Part shown: one piece after another, positions 33,675 to 44,240 of the stretch
How the letters are laid out: each line of letters starts with the position of its first letter
Position numbering within the stretch: position 1 is the stretch's first letter
From: an uncultured Alphaproteobacteria bacterium
Lineage (GTDB): Bacteria; Pseudomonadota; Alphaproteobacteria; HIMB59; GCA-002718135
Assembly (NCBI GenBank): GCA_902610845.1
Contig: CACLXJ010000002.1
Coordinates: forward strand, 18,767 to 82,766
DNA: 64,000 bases
Direction: 5' to 3'
The notes under the pieces: model-generated
The model's input: the letters and a program-made list of their open reading frames with translations, nothing else
Database searches by the model: none
What the model was told of the DNA's origin: nothing
Translations under genes and position numbers: made by a program

Positions 33675-34742
33675 ATGGATAATAATTTTCTTGTAATTGA
33701 AAATATCTCTAAATCCTTTGGAGATAACAAAGTTTTAGAAAATATTAATTTAAATATTTCAAAATCTGAATTTTTTGGTCTCTTAGGATCTTCGGGTTCA
33801 GGCAAAACTACCTTACTAAGAATACTAGGCGGATTCGAGAAGCCAGATACAGGACGTGTAATACTCGACGGAACGGACATAACAAACCTTGAACCTTTTG
33901 ACAGACCATTAAACTATATGTTTCAATCGTATGCTTTATTTCCTCACTTAAACGTATTTAATAATTTAGCTTTTGGAATAAAAGAAAATTTTACCCAAAA
34001 AGAAATTGAAATAAATGTAAGAAATATTGCCAAACTTTTATCTATTGAACATTTATTAAATAGAAGAATTAAGCAACTATCAGGCGGAGAGCAGCAACGA
34101 GTTGCCCTTGGAAGGTGCTTAATAAAAAAACCTAAGTTATTATTATTAGATGAGCCTCTTGCAGCACTAGATAAAAAACTAAGATCAAAAACACAATTAG
34201 AGTTAACAACACTCCAAAAGAAACTAAAAATTACATTTGTTTTCGTCACCCATGATCAGGAAGAAGCAATGTCCTTATCTGATAGAATGGCAATAATGAA
34301 GAATGGTCTTATTTTGGAATGTTCTAGCCCTGAAGAGATTTATGAAAATCCTAAAAGTCTTTATACTGCCAATTTTATAGGAATTGCAAATATAATTGAG
34401 ATTTATAAGAAAGATGAAAATTTTTATTCTGATGATTTAGGTATAAATTTTAAATTAAACAGAGAATTAAAAAATACAAAAACTAATATTTTACTAAGAC
34501 CAGAGAAAATAAAAATACAATCAACAAATTATTTGAAAACAAGTTCATTTAATTCCTTTAGTGGAGAAATTTTAGAAAAATCATATTTGGGAAGCTTTAC
34601 ACGTTATGAAATTAAAATTAAAAATATGATAATTTCAGTTTTAGATCAGAATTTTAACTCCAGCTCAAATTATAATTTCCCAAAAGGGGAAAAAGTCATT
34701 TGTAGTTGGGAAAGTGAATCAATTAAGGTTTTAGAGGGTTAA
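33675..34742 (+). CDS. Polyamine ABC transporter ATP-binding protein (PotA/PotG-like)
   Basis: 355 aa. Walker A GSSGSGKTT, signature LSGGEQQR, C-terminal TOBE-like domain. Confidence 0.9.
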   Translation: MDNNFLVIENISKSFGDNKVLENINLNISKSEFFGLLGSSGSGKTTLLRILGGFEKPDTGRVILDGTDITNLEPFDRPLNYMFQSYALFPHLNVFNNLAFGIKENFTQKEIEINVRNIAKLLSIEHLLNRRIKQLSGGEQQRVALGRCLIKKPKLLLLDEPLAALDKKLRSKTQLELTTLQKKLKITFVFVTHDQEEAMSLSDRMAIMKNGLILECSSPEEIYENPKSLYTANFIGIANIIEIYKKDENFYSDDLGINFKLNRELKNTKTNILLRPEKIKIQSTNYLKTSSFNSFSGEILEKSYLGSFTRYEIKIKNMIISVLDQNFNSSSNYNFPKGEKVICSWESESIKVLEG

Positions 34743-35630
34743 TTGAAAAATAAATTATTTGAAAAATATTTTGTTTTTAGTCCTTATTTTTGGCTTGTTC
34801 TATTTTTTTTTATACCATTAGCTATAATTTTTAAAATATCAATTTCGGTATCAGAATGGGGGATGCCTCCTTATCAAGATATTTTTCTTTTTGATAATGG
34901 TTTTAAGATCAATACTACATTTGAAAACTATGTTTATATATTTAGTGATTATTACTACATTGGATCTTTTGTAAATTCTTTGATACTAGCTCTAATATCT
35001 ACTTTTTTTTGTTTACTTATTGGTTTCCCATTAGCTTTTTATATTGCGACTTCGAATATCAGATTAAGAAATATCCTATTAGTTTTAGTAGTTATTCCTT
35101 TTTGGTCATCATTTTTATTAAGAGTATATGCATGGAAAATAATTTTACAGAATAATGGAATTTTAAATGTAATACTTCTAAACTTAGGTATAATATCAGA
35201 ACCACTTCAATTATTATACAATCAATATGCTGTCATTATGGGAATTGTATACACTTATTTACCTTTGATGATCTTACCACTCTATGGATACTTAAATAAA
35301 TTTGATTTAAATTTAATTGAAGCATCAAAAGATTTAGGACTAAATCGTATTAAAACCTTTTTTAAAGTTATACTTCCCTTGTCTTTGCCAGGAATTGTTG
35401 CTGGATCTTTATTAGTTTTTATACCTGTTGTTGGAGAATTTATTATACCTGAAATGTTAGGTGGTAGTGATAGATTGTATTATGGAAAAATATTATGGGA
35501 GGAATTCTTTGTTAATAGAAATTGGCCAGGTGCTAGTGCTTTAGCTTTTAGTGGAATTATTATTTTGGTTTTGCCAATTGTTATTTTTCAAATACTTTAT
35601 TCTCGTTGGAGTCAAAAAAATGAAATCTAG
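34743..35630 (+). CDS. Polyamine ABC transporter permease (PotB/PotH-like), TTG start
   Basis: 295 aa multi-TM protein with an EAS.DLG loop (IEASKDLGLNRIKTFF). Confidence 0.85.
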   Translation: MKNKLFEKYFVFSPYFWLVLFFFIPLAIIFKISISVSEWGMPPYQDIFLFDNGFKINTTFENYVYIFSDYYYIGSFVNSLILALISTFFCLLIGFPLAFYIATSNIRLRNILLVLVVIPFWSSFLLRVYAWKIILQNNGILNVILLNLGIISEPLQLLYNQYAVIMGIVYTYLPLMILPLYGYLNKFDLNLIEASKDLGLNRIKTFFKVILPLSLPGIVAGSLLVFIPVVGEFIIPEMLGGSDRLYYGKILWEEFFVNRNWPGASALAFSGIIILVLPIVIFQILYSRWSQKNEI

Positions 35631-36414
35631 TTTAATCAAAAGTACAGTTATTTTTTTAGGTTTATTTTTTTTATATTTCCCAATTTTAGTTTTAATTTTT
35701 TACTCATTTAATGAAAATAAGAGAGTAATGGTTTGGAAAGGATTTTCTTTAAAATGGTACAATGAATTATTTAATAATGAACAAATAATTGAGGCATTTA
35801 TTATTAGTATTAAAATTGCAGCTTTGTCTGCAACTTTTGCTACAATTTTAGGAGTTATGATTGGATATTCACTTGTAAGAATAAGAAAAATTCCTTTTAA
35901 ATCATTTTATATTTTTCTTTCTTCAACACCTTTGGTTTTACCAGAATTAATTTTAGGTCTTTCAATGTTACTTTTTTTTATAAGCTTAAATAATATTATT
36001 GGATTTCCATCATCTAGAGGACAATTAACTATTTTTATATCGCACGTTACTTTTTGTATTGCATTTGTCGCAATTATTATTCAAGCAAGATTAACTGACT
36101 TTAACAAAAATATTGAGGAGGCTGCTATGGATCTCGGTTACAATTATACCAAAGTACTCTATAAGATAACTTTACCAATAATTTTGCCTTCTATTATTGC
36201 TGGTTGGTTATTGGCATTTACAATTTCTTTAGATGATCTAGTTGTTGCGAGTTTTACTACTGGGCCTGGAGCTAACACATTGCCAATTGTAGTTTTTTCT
36301 AAAGTTAGATTAGGACTGAGTCCTGAAGTAAACGCATTATCAGCAATTTTAATGTTTGCTTTAATAATAATTGGTTTATTTTATTTTTATTGTAATAAAA
36401 AATTTAAACATTAA
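35620..36414 (+). CDS. Polyamine ABC transporter permease (PotC/PotI-like)
   Basis: Start taken at MKSSLIKS (35620), overlapping the upstream permease by 11 nt. EAA loop EEAAMDLGYNYTKVLY. Confidence 0.85.
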   Translation: MKSSLIKSTVIFLGLFFLYFPILVLIFYSFNENKRVMVWKGFSLKWYNELFNNEQIIEAFIISIKIAALSATFATILGVMIGYSLVRIRKIPFKSFYIFLSSTPLVLPELILGLSMLLFFISLNNIIGFPSSRGQLTIFISHVTFCIAFVAIIIQARLTDFNKNIEEAAMDLGYNYTKVLYKITLPIILPSIIAGWLLAFTISLDDLVVASFTTGPGANTLPIVVFSKVRLGLSPEVNALSAILMFALIIIGLFYFYCNKKFKH

Positions 36415-37771
36415 GTAATAAATATTCTCGTTCCCAAGAACTTATTACTGATAAATAAGCTTGATACTCAACTCTTCTTATCGCAGCAATCGACCTTACA
36501 AATTTTTCATTAAATATCGATTTTATATCTTCATCATTTTCAAAGAGAGTTAACGATTCATCCATATTTTTAGGTAGATTAGAATTTTTATCTTTAAATG
36601 CACTATCTTTGGTTTCTGGATTTGGTTTTAAATTGTTTTTCATTCCTAAATATCCTGAAGCTAAATTAGCTGCAAAAACTAGATATGGATTTGTATCAGA
36701 TCCAGGAATTCTATTTTCAATACGCATATTCCTTTCCTCAATTGATGGAATTCTAAATCCACAGCTTCTATTACCTATTCCCCATTTAACATTTTTAGGA
36801 GCACCCCAAGTTGCAAACAACCTTCTAAATGAATTTATATTTGGAGCGTATATTGGCATTAATAATGGAGTATATTTTTCCAAACCACCTAAATAGTTTT
36901 TCATTTTTTTTGAAATTTTAGAAGATTGATTAAAAAAAATATTTTTATTTTTTTCATTATATATCGATTGATGTATGTGCATTGCGCTACCAGGTTGGTT
37001 CTCCATTGGTTTTGCCATAAATGTTGCATGAAGTTTGTGTTTCAAAGCTGACTGTCTTAGAGTTCGTTTAAATAAAAATACCTGGTCTGCTAGATCTAAA
37101 GGATCACCATGCTGAAAATTTATTTCCATCTGAGCTGAGCCAGACTCATGATTAATAGTATCAATTTCAATATTTTGAGCTTCACAATAATTATATACAT
37201 CCTCAAAAAGATGATCAAATTCGTTCACAGCATCTATACCCAAGGCTTGCTTACCTGTTTCTTGTCTGCCTGATTGACCCACTGGCACTTCAAGGGGGTA
37301 GTCTGAGTCAGCATTAGGTTTAACTAAATAAAATTCTAACTCTGGCGAAACAATTGGAGTTAATTTATCTTTTTTATAAAGTTTAAGAATATTTTTTAGA
37401 GCATTCCTGCTAGAATTTATAACATCATCTCCGTTAAGATTTATTGCATCACAGATAATTTGTGCAGTAGGGTCGTCGTACCATGGCACTACTCTCATTG
37501 TATCAAAATCTGGTTTTAAAATTACATCAATATCAGTTGGATTGTAAACACTTCTTGGTAAAGCACCAGCCGAGTCCTCAGTTGCATAATCTCCTGATAT
37601 CGTTTGAATAAAAGTTGACTGTGGTAATCTGTGACTTTCATCTTCCAGTCCTTTTAAAAATTTATTTGTTGGTAAAATTTTTCCCCTTGCTATACCTCCA
37701 AGATCTGGAACTAAACATTCAACTTCTGTAATAGAGTTTTCGTGAAACCAATTTTGAAATTTTTCAATCAT
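36404..37771 (-). CDS. puuA: Glutamine synthetase family protein, gamma-glutamylpolyamine (putrescine) synthetase-like
   Basis: 455 aa GS-type catalytic domain (PELEFYLV, FMAKPM, SAMHIHQS). Adjacent to polyamine transport and an FAD oxidase gene. Symbol tentative. Confidence 0.7.
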   Translation of the reverse strand: MIEKFQNWFHENSITEVECLVPDLGGIARGKILPTNKFLKGLEDESHRLPQSTFIQTISGDYATEDSAGALPRSVYNPTDIDVILKPDFDTMRVVPWYDDPTAQIICDAINLNGDDVINSSRNALKNILKLYKKDKLTPIVSPELEFYLVKPNADSDYPLEVPVGQSGRQETGKQALGIDAVNEFDHLFEDVYNYCEAQNIEIDTINHESGSAQMEINFQHGDPLDLADQVFLFKRTLRQSALKHKLHATFMAKPMENQPGSAMHIHQSIYNEKNKNIFFNQSSKISKKMKNYLGGLEKYTPLLMPIYAPNINSFRRLFATWGAPKNVKWGIGNRSCGFRIPSIEERNMRIENRIPGSDTNPYLVFAANLASGYLGMKNNLKPNPETKDSAFKDKNSNLPKNMDESLTLFENDEDIKSIFNEKFVRSIAAIRRVEYQAYLSVISSWEREYLLLNV

Positions 37772-37821
37772 ATTGAGACTGTTTGTTTACTAATTATTGT
37801 TAAACCATTAAAGATAAGTAA

Positions 37822-39144
37822 ATGTTTACTACAAAAAAAAGGACCTTTTATCAACATGATAATGAAAAAGAGAGTTTTTATAATTTTTCAGCACCTAATT
37901 TTTCTAATCAAAATAAATTAAATGATAATATTTCAACTGATGTATGTATTATTGGAGGTGGTTTAACAGGTATTTCTTCAGCATTAAATTTATCTAATCA
38001 AGGTTTATCAATAACTATTTTGGAAGCAAATAAAGTTGGATCTGGTGCTTCTGGTAGGAATGGTGGTCAACTAGGAATTGGGATGAGAAAAGATCAATTC
38101 TACTTAGAAAAAAAATTTGGTATTGAAAAAGCAAAATTTTTTTGGAAAGTTGGATTAGATGCTGTTTCAAATGTAGTTAATTTAATTGAAAAATACAAAA
38201 TTGATTGTGCACTTAGACAAGGTGTTCTTCATGTAGGCAACACAAAAAAAGATTATAAATATTTTCAAGATGAAATTGAGCATATGCAGAAGAATTATAA
38301 TTATAATAACTATGAATACTTTGACCACAATTCAATAAGAGATGAAGTTAATAGTGAGAGATATTTTTCTGGAATGCTTTTAAAGGATTCTTATCATTTA
38401 AACCCATTAAAACTAACATACGGCTTAGCAGAACAGTGTTTGGCAAATGGTATAAATATATATGAAAATTCTCCAGCTCATAAAATTGTTGATAATCAAA
38501 AAGAAGTTATAATTCACTCTGGAAAAAATATTATTAAAGCGAAGAAAGTAATTATTGGTTGCAATGGTTATCTTGACAATCTTTTAGGATCAAAGAGAAA
38601 TTATTTTATGCCTATAAATAATTATATTATTGCAACAGAACCTCTCGGAAAAGATCTAGCAAGTAAATTAATCAAAAGAAATTGTGGTGTAATAGATTCT
38701 AGATTTATGATTGATTACTATAGATTTTCAGAAGACTATAGACTTCTTTTTGGAGGACCTGAAACAATTACATCGCATTTTGTAAAAGATGCAAAGAGTT
38801 TTGTATCTAAACGAATGTATAAAGTTTTTCCTGAATTAAAAAAATTTAAAATTGAATTTTCTTGGGGAGGTACCTTAGCAATATCAATTAATAGATTACC
38901 TATTTTTGGAACTATTATGAATCAAAAGTTATATTATGCTCATGCTTACTCTGGGCATGGGTTAGCTATGAGTATTATGGGAGGAAAAATGGTAGCTGAA
39001 AAAATTTTAAATAAATCAAATAACTTTGATATGTTTGAGCAAATTAATCATTTTAAAATTCCAGGTGGCAACATGTTTAGAAGACCATTGTATTCCTCTG
39101 CCATTATTTATTATAGGTTAATGGATTATTTAAATAGATTATAA
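37822..39144 (+). CDS. puuB: FAD-dependent (DAO family) oxidoreductase, gamma-glutamylputrescine oxidase-like
   Basis: 440 aa. Dinucleotide fold VCIIGGGLTGISSAL. Divergent from the puuA-like gene. Symbol tentative. Confidence 0.65.
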   Translation: MFTTKKRTFYQHDNEKESFYNFSAPNFSNQNKLNDNISTDVCIIGGGLTGISSALNLSNQGLSITILEANKVGSGASGRNGGQLGIGMRKDQFYLEKKFGIEKAKFFWKVGLDAVSNVVNLIEKYKIDCALRQGVLHVGNTKKDYKYFQDEIEHMQKNYNYNNYEYFDHNSIRDEVNSERYFSGMLLKDSYHLNPLKLTYGLAEQCLANGINIYENSPAHKIVDNQKEVIIHSGKNIIKAKKVIIGCNGYLDNLLGSKRNYFMPINNYIIATEPLGKDLASKLIKRNCGVIDSRFMIDYYRFSEDYRLLFGGPETITSHFVKDAKSFVSKRMYKVFPELKKFKIEFSWGGTLAISINRLPIFGTIMNQKLYYAHAYSGHGLAMSIMGGKMVAEKILNKSNNFDMFEQINHFKIPGGNMFRRPLYSSAIIYYRLMDYLNRL

Positions 39145-40062
39145 TTACTTAATTGCTCTTCTTAATCTGTCATTTATAGTTTTGCCAAGTCCTTTATCAG
39201 GTATTTCTACTACAGCAATTCTTTTGCATCTACTTTGATCTAATTTATGAAGATAATGATAATAATTTTTTGCTGCTTCATTTAAATTTTTTTTATTACT
39301 CAAATTTAAATTAATTATTTTAGACTTTAATTTATTATTTCCAAAATTTAATAAACCTTCATTTTTAAGTATTCTTTTAGCATTCATTCTTATTGGCTTT
39401 AAAGTTGAATAATGTTTTTTTAAATTGCCAGGAGAAATAGAGGATTTCTTTTTAATTTTTACTTTTGCATATTTATTTAGTTCTTCAACAGTGATGCTGC
39501 CATATCTTAATACTTCAATTTTATTATTGGTATCTATTCGAACAACTGTAGATTCTAGTCCATGAGAAGACTGTCTATCTTTTAAAACAAAAATTTTTTT
39601 TTCTAGAATAGGGTCGATATCCATAATATTGGTTACAGAGGTTCTTTCTGACAGATTAGCACTAGGAGCTGCAATAGGTAGGTCAAATAAAGTTATTAAT
39701 TTTTTAGCCAATTTATTACTGGGAATTCTGCAGCCAACTAAAGTTGAGTTATTAGAGACTAATTTTGATATTTTAGAATTTTTCTTTTTCTTTAATATTA
39801 TTGTCAAAGGACCAGGCCAAAATTTTGAACCTAATTTTTTTTCAAATTTATTTAAAATAAAATATTTTTCTATTTGTTTAATACTTTTAAAGTGACAGAT
39901 AATTGGATTACTTCGTGGTCTTTTTTTCACTTTAAAAATAGATTTTACAGCCTCATCATTTGTTGCATCTGCCCCAAGACCAAATACTGTTTCTGTGGGA
40001 AATATTACAAGTTCTCCACTGCTTAATAAATTTTTTGCAATATCTAACTTATTTTTTTTCAT
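39145..40062 (-). CDS. tsaC: L-threonylcarbamoyladenylate synthase (YrdC + Sua5 domains)
   Basis: 305 aa. FPTETVFGLGADA, KKRPRSNPII, SANLS motifs. Confidence 0.8.
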   Translation of the reverse strand: MKKNKLDIAKNLLSSGELVIFPTETVFGLGADATNDEAVKSIFKVKKRPRSNPIICHFKSIKQIEKYFILNKFEKKLGSKFWPGPLTIILKKKKNSKISKLVSNNSTLVGCRIPSNKLAKKLITLFDLPIAAPSANLSERTSVTNIMDIDPILEKKIFVLKDRQSSHGLESTVVRIDTNNKIEVLRYGSITVEELNKYAKVKIKKKSSISPGNLKKHYSTLKPIRMNAKRILKNEGLLNFGNNKLKSKIINLNLSNKKNLNEAAKNYYHYLHKLDQSRCKRIAVVEIPDKGLGKTINDRLRRAIK

Positions 40063-40119
40063 ATTTTTTTATAAAATGTTTCCATCTATCTTTAAAATAG
40101 TTATTATCAATACTTGTAT

Positions 40120-40752
40120 ATGGGAAAAGTTATAGCATTTTCGAATCAAAAAGGTGGTTCAGGTAAATCGACTCTTTCAGCAAATTTATCAGTTTTGTGG
40201 AGCAATAGTGGTTACAAAGTAGCTGTTATAGATGCTGATGCACAAAAAAGTCTATCATATTGGCTTGAAGCTAGAAAATCTTATTATGGTGAAGATGATA
40301 TTGGAATAACTCAATTAAATTTTGATATAAGGAATTTAATAGATGAAATTAAAGCAATAAAAAGAAAATATGATTTTATAATAATTGATAGCCCTCCATC
40401 TATTACTTTTGAAACAATGCAGGTTGTAAAAGCTTCTGACAGGGTATTTGTTCCAGTACAACCAAGTCCAGTAGATTTAATGGCTACACTGCCTTTTTTA
40501 AAAATCGCAAAACAAGAAAGAAAAAATCCAATAATTATTCTTAATAGAGTGATGCCGAGAGCAAAATTAACTGACGCAATGATTTTGCGCTTAAGATATG
40601 CTGGTGCTAAAATTGCTCGCTCCCGACTGTCTAGCAAAGTATTATTTGCAGAAACATTCTCAGTTGGAAGGGGTGTAGTTGATATAAGTGTTACATCAGA
40701 CGCCTCAAAAGAAATAATTAATGTTGGAAACGAAATTTTAAGAAATTTCTAA
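40120..40752 (+). CDS. ParA/MinD-like P-loop ATPase (small, orphan)
   Basis: Deviant Walker A NQKGGSGKST. About 210 aa from ATG at 40120 (the ORF track starts at TTG 40114). No ParB-like gene follows. Confidence 0.8.
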   Translation: MGKVIAFSNQKGGSGKSTLSANLSVLWSNSGYKVAVIDADAQKSLSYWLEARKSYYGEDDIGITQLNFDIRNLIDEIKAIKRKYDFIIIDSPPSITFETMQVVKASDRVFVPVQPSPVDLMATLPFLKIAKQERKNPIIILNRVMPRAKLTDAMILRLRYAGAKIARSRLSSKVLFAETFSVGRGVVDISVTSDASKEIINVGNEILRNF

Positions 40753-40757
40753 CTTTA

Positions 40758-42056
40758 ATGTCTGATATTACAACTGTTATACTTGCTGCAGGCAATAGTA
40801 CCAGATTTAAAGCAAGTAAATCAAAGCTTGTTTATCCATTATGTGGGTTACCAATTGTTTCACATATTTTTAATATTGCAAAAAAAATATCAGGTAAAAA
40901 TATATTAATTGTATCTAATGAAAAAAATAAAGAAGAATTAAAGTTAATATTAAATACCTCTAAGTTAGTTGTTCAAAAAAAACAAAAAGGAACTGCTGAT
41001 GCAATTGAACAAGTTAAAAAATATGTAAAATCAAAAAATATTTTAATTTTATTTGGTGATACACCTTTAGTTGAAGTTAAAGATATAAGAAAACTAATAA
41101 GTAAATTTAAAAAAAGTAAAGCGAAAGCTTCATTAATTGCATTTAATACTTCAGAACCGCATGGATATGGCAGGTTATTATTAAATAATAACTACGTTGA
41201 AGAAATAATTGAGCAAATCAATTTAAAACCTGAACAAAAAAAAATCAATTTATGTAATTCTGGTATTTTGATAGCAAATACTAAATTATTATTTGATAAT
41301 TTAAAAAATATTAAAGAAAATAAAATTAAAAAAGAAAGATATCTTCCTGATATATGCAAAATTTTTTCAAAAAAAAATATTCCTATCAATTATATTGAGT
41401 GTAACAAAGAAACAATGTTGGGCATAAATACATTGGATGATTTTAATGTTATACAAAATATCTTGCAAAAAAAATACGTAAAAAATTTTATAAAAAACGG
41501 AGTCAATTTTTTAAAACCCAATACTTGTTATTTAAGCTATGACACCAAAATTGAACCCACTGTTACGATTGAAAGTAATGTTACAATCAAGGAAAAAACA
41601 ATTATAAAAAAAGGCTCAATAGTTAAAAGCAATTCATACTTAGAAGAAGTTACAATAGATGAAAATTCACATATTGGTCCAAGTGCTAGATTAAGGCCAA
41701 AAACAAAAATCGGAAAAAAATCAAAGATTGGTAACTTTGTTGAAATTAAAAATTCTAAAATTGGAAATAATGTTTCTATTGCTCATCTTTCATATGTTGG
41801 AGATTCAAAAATAGGAAATAATGTAAATATAGGTGCTGGTACAATAACTTGTAACTATGATGGAAAGAAAAAACACAAAACAATAATAAAAGATAATGTA
41901 TTTATTGGTTCAAACACATCACTCATTGCTCCAATTGTAATTGAATCAAAATCTAGAATTGGCGCAGGTAGTGTTATCACTAAAAATATTCCCAAAAATT
42001 CACTTGCTATTGAAAGATCAGCCTTAAAAATTCTAAGAAATAAAAGGTCTAAATAA
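40758..42056 (+). CDS. glmU: Bifunctional UDP-N-acetylglucosamine pyrophosphorylase / glucosamine-1-phosphate N-acetyltransferase
   Basis: 432 aa. N-terminal ILAAGNSTRF nucleotidyltransferase fold; C-terminal left-handed beta-helix hexapeptide repeats. Confidence 0.85.
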   Translation: MSDITTVILAAGNSTRFKASKSKLVYPLCGLPIVSHIFNIAKKISGKNILIVSNEKNKEELKLILNTSKLVVQKKQKGTADAIEQVKKYVKSKNILILFGDTPLVEVKDIRKLISKFKKSKAKASLIAFNTSEPHGYGRLLLNNNYVEEIIEQINLKPEQKKINLCNSGILIANTKLLFDNLKNIKENKIKKERYLPDICKIFSKKNIPINYIECNKETMLGINTLDDFNVIQNILQKKYVKNFIKNGVNFLKPNTCYLSYDTKIEPTVTIESNVTIKEKTIIKKGSIVKSNSYLEEVTIDENSHIGPSARLRPKTKIGKKSKIGNFVEIKNSKIGNNVSIAHLSYVGDSKIGNNVNIGAGTITCNYDGKKKHKTIIKDNVFIGSNTSLIAPIVIESKSRIGAGSVITKNIPKNSLAIERSALKILRNKRSK

Positions 42057-42103
42057 TAACCCTTGTTTCAAGATATATTAGGGTTTATGAGCCTTTTCAA
42101 ATT

Positions 42104-43477
42104 ATGAGCGATAAATGGTCACCAAATAGCTGGAGAAATAAAGATGCTCTTCATATGCCAAACTATCAGAATGAAGATCATCTAAATAAAACCCTGAATG
42201 AAATTTCCAAATATCCACCTTTAGTTTTTGCTGGAGAAGCAAGACTATTAAAAAAGAAACTGGGAGAAGTTGCAAACGGAAATGCTTTCTTATTACAAGG
42301 TGGAGATTGTGCAGAAAGTTTTGCAGATTTTCATCCAGATAATATTAGAGATACATTTAAAGTTATTTTACAAATGGCTGTTGTTTTGACGTTTGGTGCT
42401 TCTTGCCCAATTGTTAAAGTAGGAAGAATTGCCGGACAATTTGCAAAGCCAAGATCATCTGCCACAGAAGTTATTAATGATTTAGAACTTGAGTCTTATA
42501 AAGGAGATATAATTAATGGGATAGACTTCAATCAAAAAGACAGAGATCCTAATCCAGATAGATTAATTCAGGCCTACAATCAGTCTGCATCTACACTTAA
42601 TCTTTTAAGAGCTTTTTCTCAAGGTGGTTTTGCCAATTTAAATAAAATACATCAATGGAATCTAAATTTTGTTAAAGGTGAGAATGCAGCTAAATTTAGA
42701 GAGATATCTTCTAGAATTGACGAATGCCTATCTTTTATGGAAGCATGTGGAATAAATGGAAACAGTGTAAGACAATTAAATGAAACAGACTTCTTTACAA
42801 GTCATGAAGCTTTACTTCTTCAATATGAGGAAGCATTAACAAGAATAGATAGTACTTCAGGTAAGTGGTATGATGTTTCAGCTCACATGTTGTGGGTAGG
42901 TGACAGAACACGACAACTGGATGGAGCACATATTGAATTTTTAAGAGGTATTGAGAACCCTTTAGGTATTAAAGTGGGTCCAAGCACAAAGACAGAAGAA
43001 CTATTAAAGATATTAGATGTGTTGAATCCTAATAATGAAGCTGGAAAAATAACGCTGATATGTAGAATGGGTCATGAAAAAGTTAGTGGAATACTTCCAA
43101 AAATAATTAGGTCAATTAATTCAGCTGGTAAAAATGTGGTTTGGACTTGTGACCCCATGCATGGAAATACTATAAAATCTAACACGGGTTTTAAAACTAG
43201 GCCATTAAAAGATATAATTTCTGAAATTCAGCAATTTTTTCAAATTCACAGAAGTGAAGGAACATATCCTGGCGGCGTTCATTTAGAAATGACTGGTCAA
43301 GATGTTACAGAATGTATGGGAGGTCTTCAAGAAATAACTGATGAAGATCTAAAAAATAGATATCATACATATTGTGATCCGAGACTAAATGCCTCGCAGT
43401 CTCTAGAATTGGCTTTTTTATTATCAGATTTTTTAAAAGAAGAAAAATTGCTTTCAAAGCAATCTTCAAATTTATAA
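42104..43477 (+). CDS. 3-deoxy-7-phosphoheptulonate (DAHP) synthase, class II
   Basis: 457 aa. QGGDCAESF, GQFAKPRS and CDPMHGNT motifs of class II DAHP synthases. Confidence 0.9.
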   Translation: MSDKWSPNSWRNKDALHMPNYQNEDHLNKTLNEISKYPPLVFAGEARLLKKKLGEVANGNAFLLQGGDCAESFADFHPDNIRDTFKVILQMAVVLTFGASCPIVKVGRIAGQFAKPRSSATEVINDLELESYKGDIINGIDFNQKDRDPNPDRLIQAYNQSASTLNLLRAFSQGGFANLNKIHQWNLNFVKGENAAKFREISSRIDECLSFMEACGINGNSVRQLNETDFFTSHEALLLQYEEALTRIDSTSGKWYDVSAHMLWVGDRTRQLDGAHIEFLRGIENPLGIKVGPSTKTEELLKILDVLNPNNEAGKITLICRMGHEKVSGILPKIIRSINSAGKNVVWTCDPMHGNTIKSNTGFKTRPLKDIISEIQQFFQIHRSEGTYPGGVHLEMTGQDVTECMGGLQEITDEDLKNRYHTYCDPRLNASQSLELAFLLSDFLKEEKLLSKQSSNL

Positions 43478-43498
43478 ATTTATATTTATATACTACTT

Positions 43499-44239
43499 AT
43501 GAATTCAAAAGATAAAATTTTATACATTTCGAACTGGATTAAAGATTACGCTAAATCTATAAATAATAATCCAATTACCCTAGTAATAGGAGTGTCAGGA
43601 GGAGTTGACTCAGCTCTTACTAGCACCTTATGTGCTCAAACTGGTTTAAAAACTATAGCTGTTTCAATGCCTATTAAGCAAAATTCATTACAACATGATT
43701 TAAGTTTAAGACATTTAGAATTTTTAGAGCAAAATTACCCAAATGTAGAAACAAAAATAATCGAGTTAGATAATGTTTTTAAAACATTTCAAAATACGAT
43801 GCAAAATTTTGATAGTGAGTTAGCTTTTGCAAATTCAAGATCTAGACTAAGAATGGTAACTCTATACCAAATAGCTCAAAGTAATAATGGTATAGTTGTT
43901 GGTACTGGAAATAAAGTTGAAGATTTTGGTGTTGGATTTTATACAAAATATGGTGATGGAGGCGTAGATATATCACCAATAGCAGATTGCACTAAAACTG
44001 AGGTGTGGGAATTAGCCGAAGAAATTGGGGTTATAAAAGATATTATTAGCGCAGCACCAACAGATGGTTTATGGGATGATAGTAGAAATGATGAAAGCCA
44101 GCTTGGTCTTTCGTATAAGCAATTAGAAGAAGCAATGGAAAATAAGTCTAGTGAATACTTCAGTAGATACGAAGAAATTAGAAAGCCAAATCTCCATAAG
44201 ATGAAGCCTATTCCCGTTTGCGAAATTCCTAAAGAATAA
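43499..44239 (+). CDS. nadE: NH3-dependent NAD+ synthetase
   Basis: 246 aa. PP-loop GVSGGVDSAL. Confidence 0.85.
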   Translation: MNSKDKILYISNWIKDYAKSINNNPITLVIGVSGGVDSALTSTLCAQTGLKTIAVSMPIKQNSLQHDLSLRHLEFLEQNYPNVETKIIELDNVFKTFQNTMQNFDSELAFANSRSRLRMVTLYQIAQSNNGIVVGTGNKVEDFGVGFYTKYGDGGVDISPIADCTKTEVWELAEEIGVIKDIISAAPTDGLWDDSRNDESQLGLSYKQLEEAMENKSSEYFSRYEEIRKPNLHKMKPIPVCEIPKE

Positions 44240-44240
44240 C

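Noticed and set aside
42057-42103. A weak inverted repeat AACCCT ... AGGGTT after glmU as a possible terminator.
   Set aside because: It has only 6 bp with a 17-nt loop and no U-tract, so it is not convincing.
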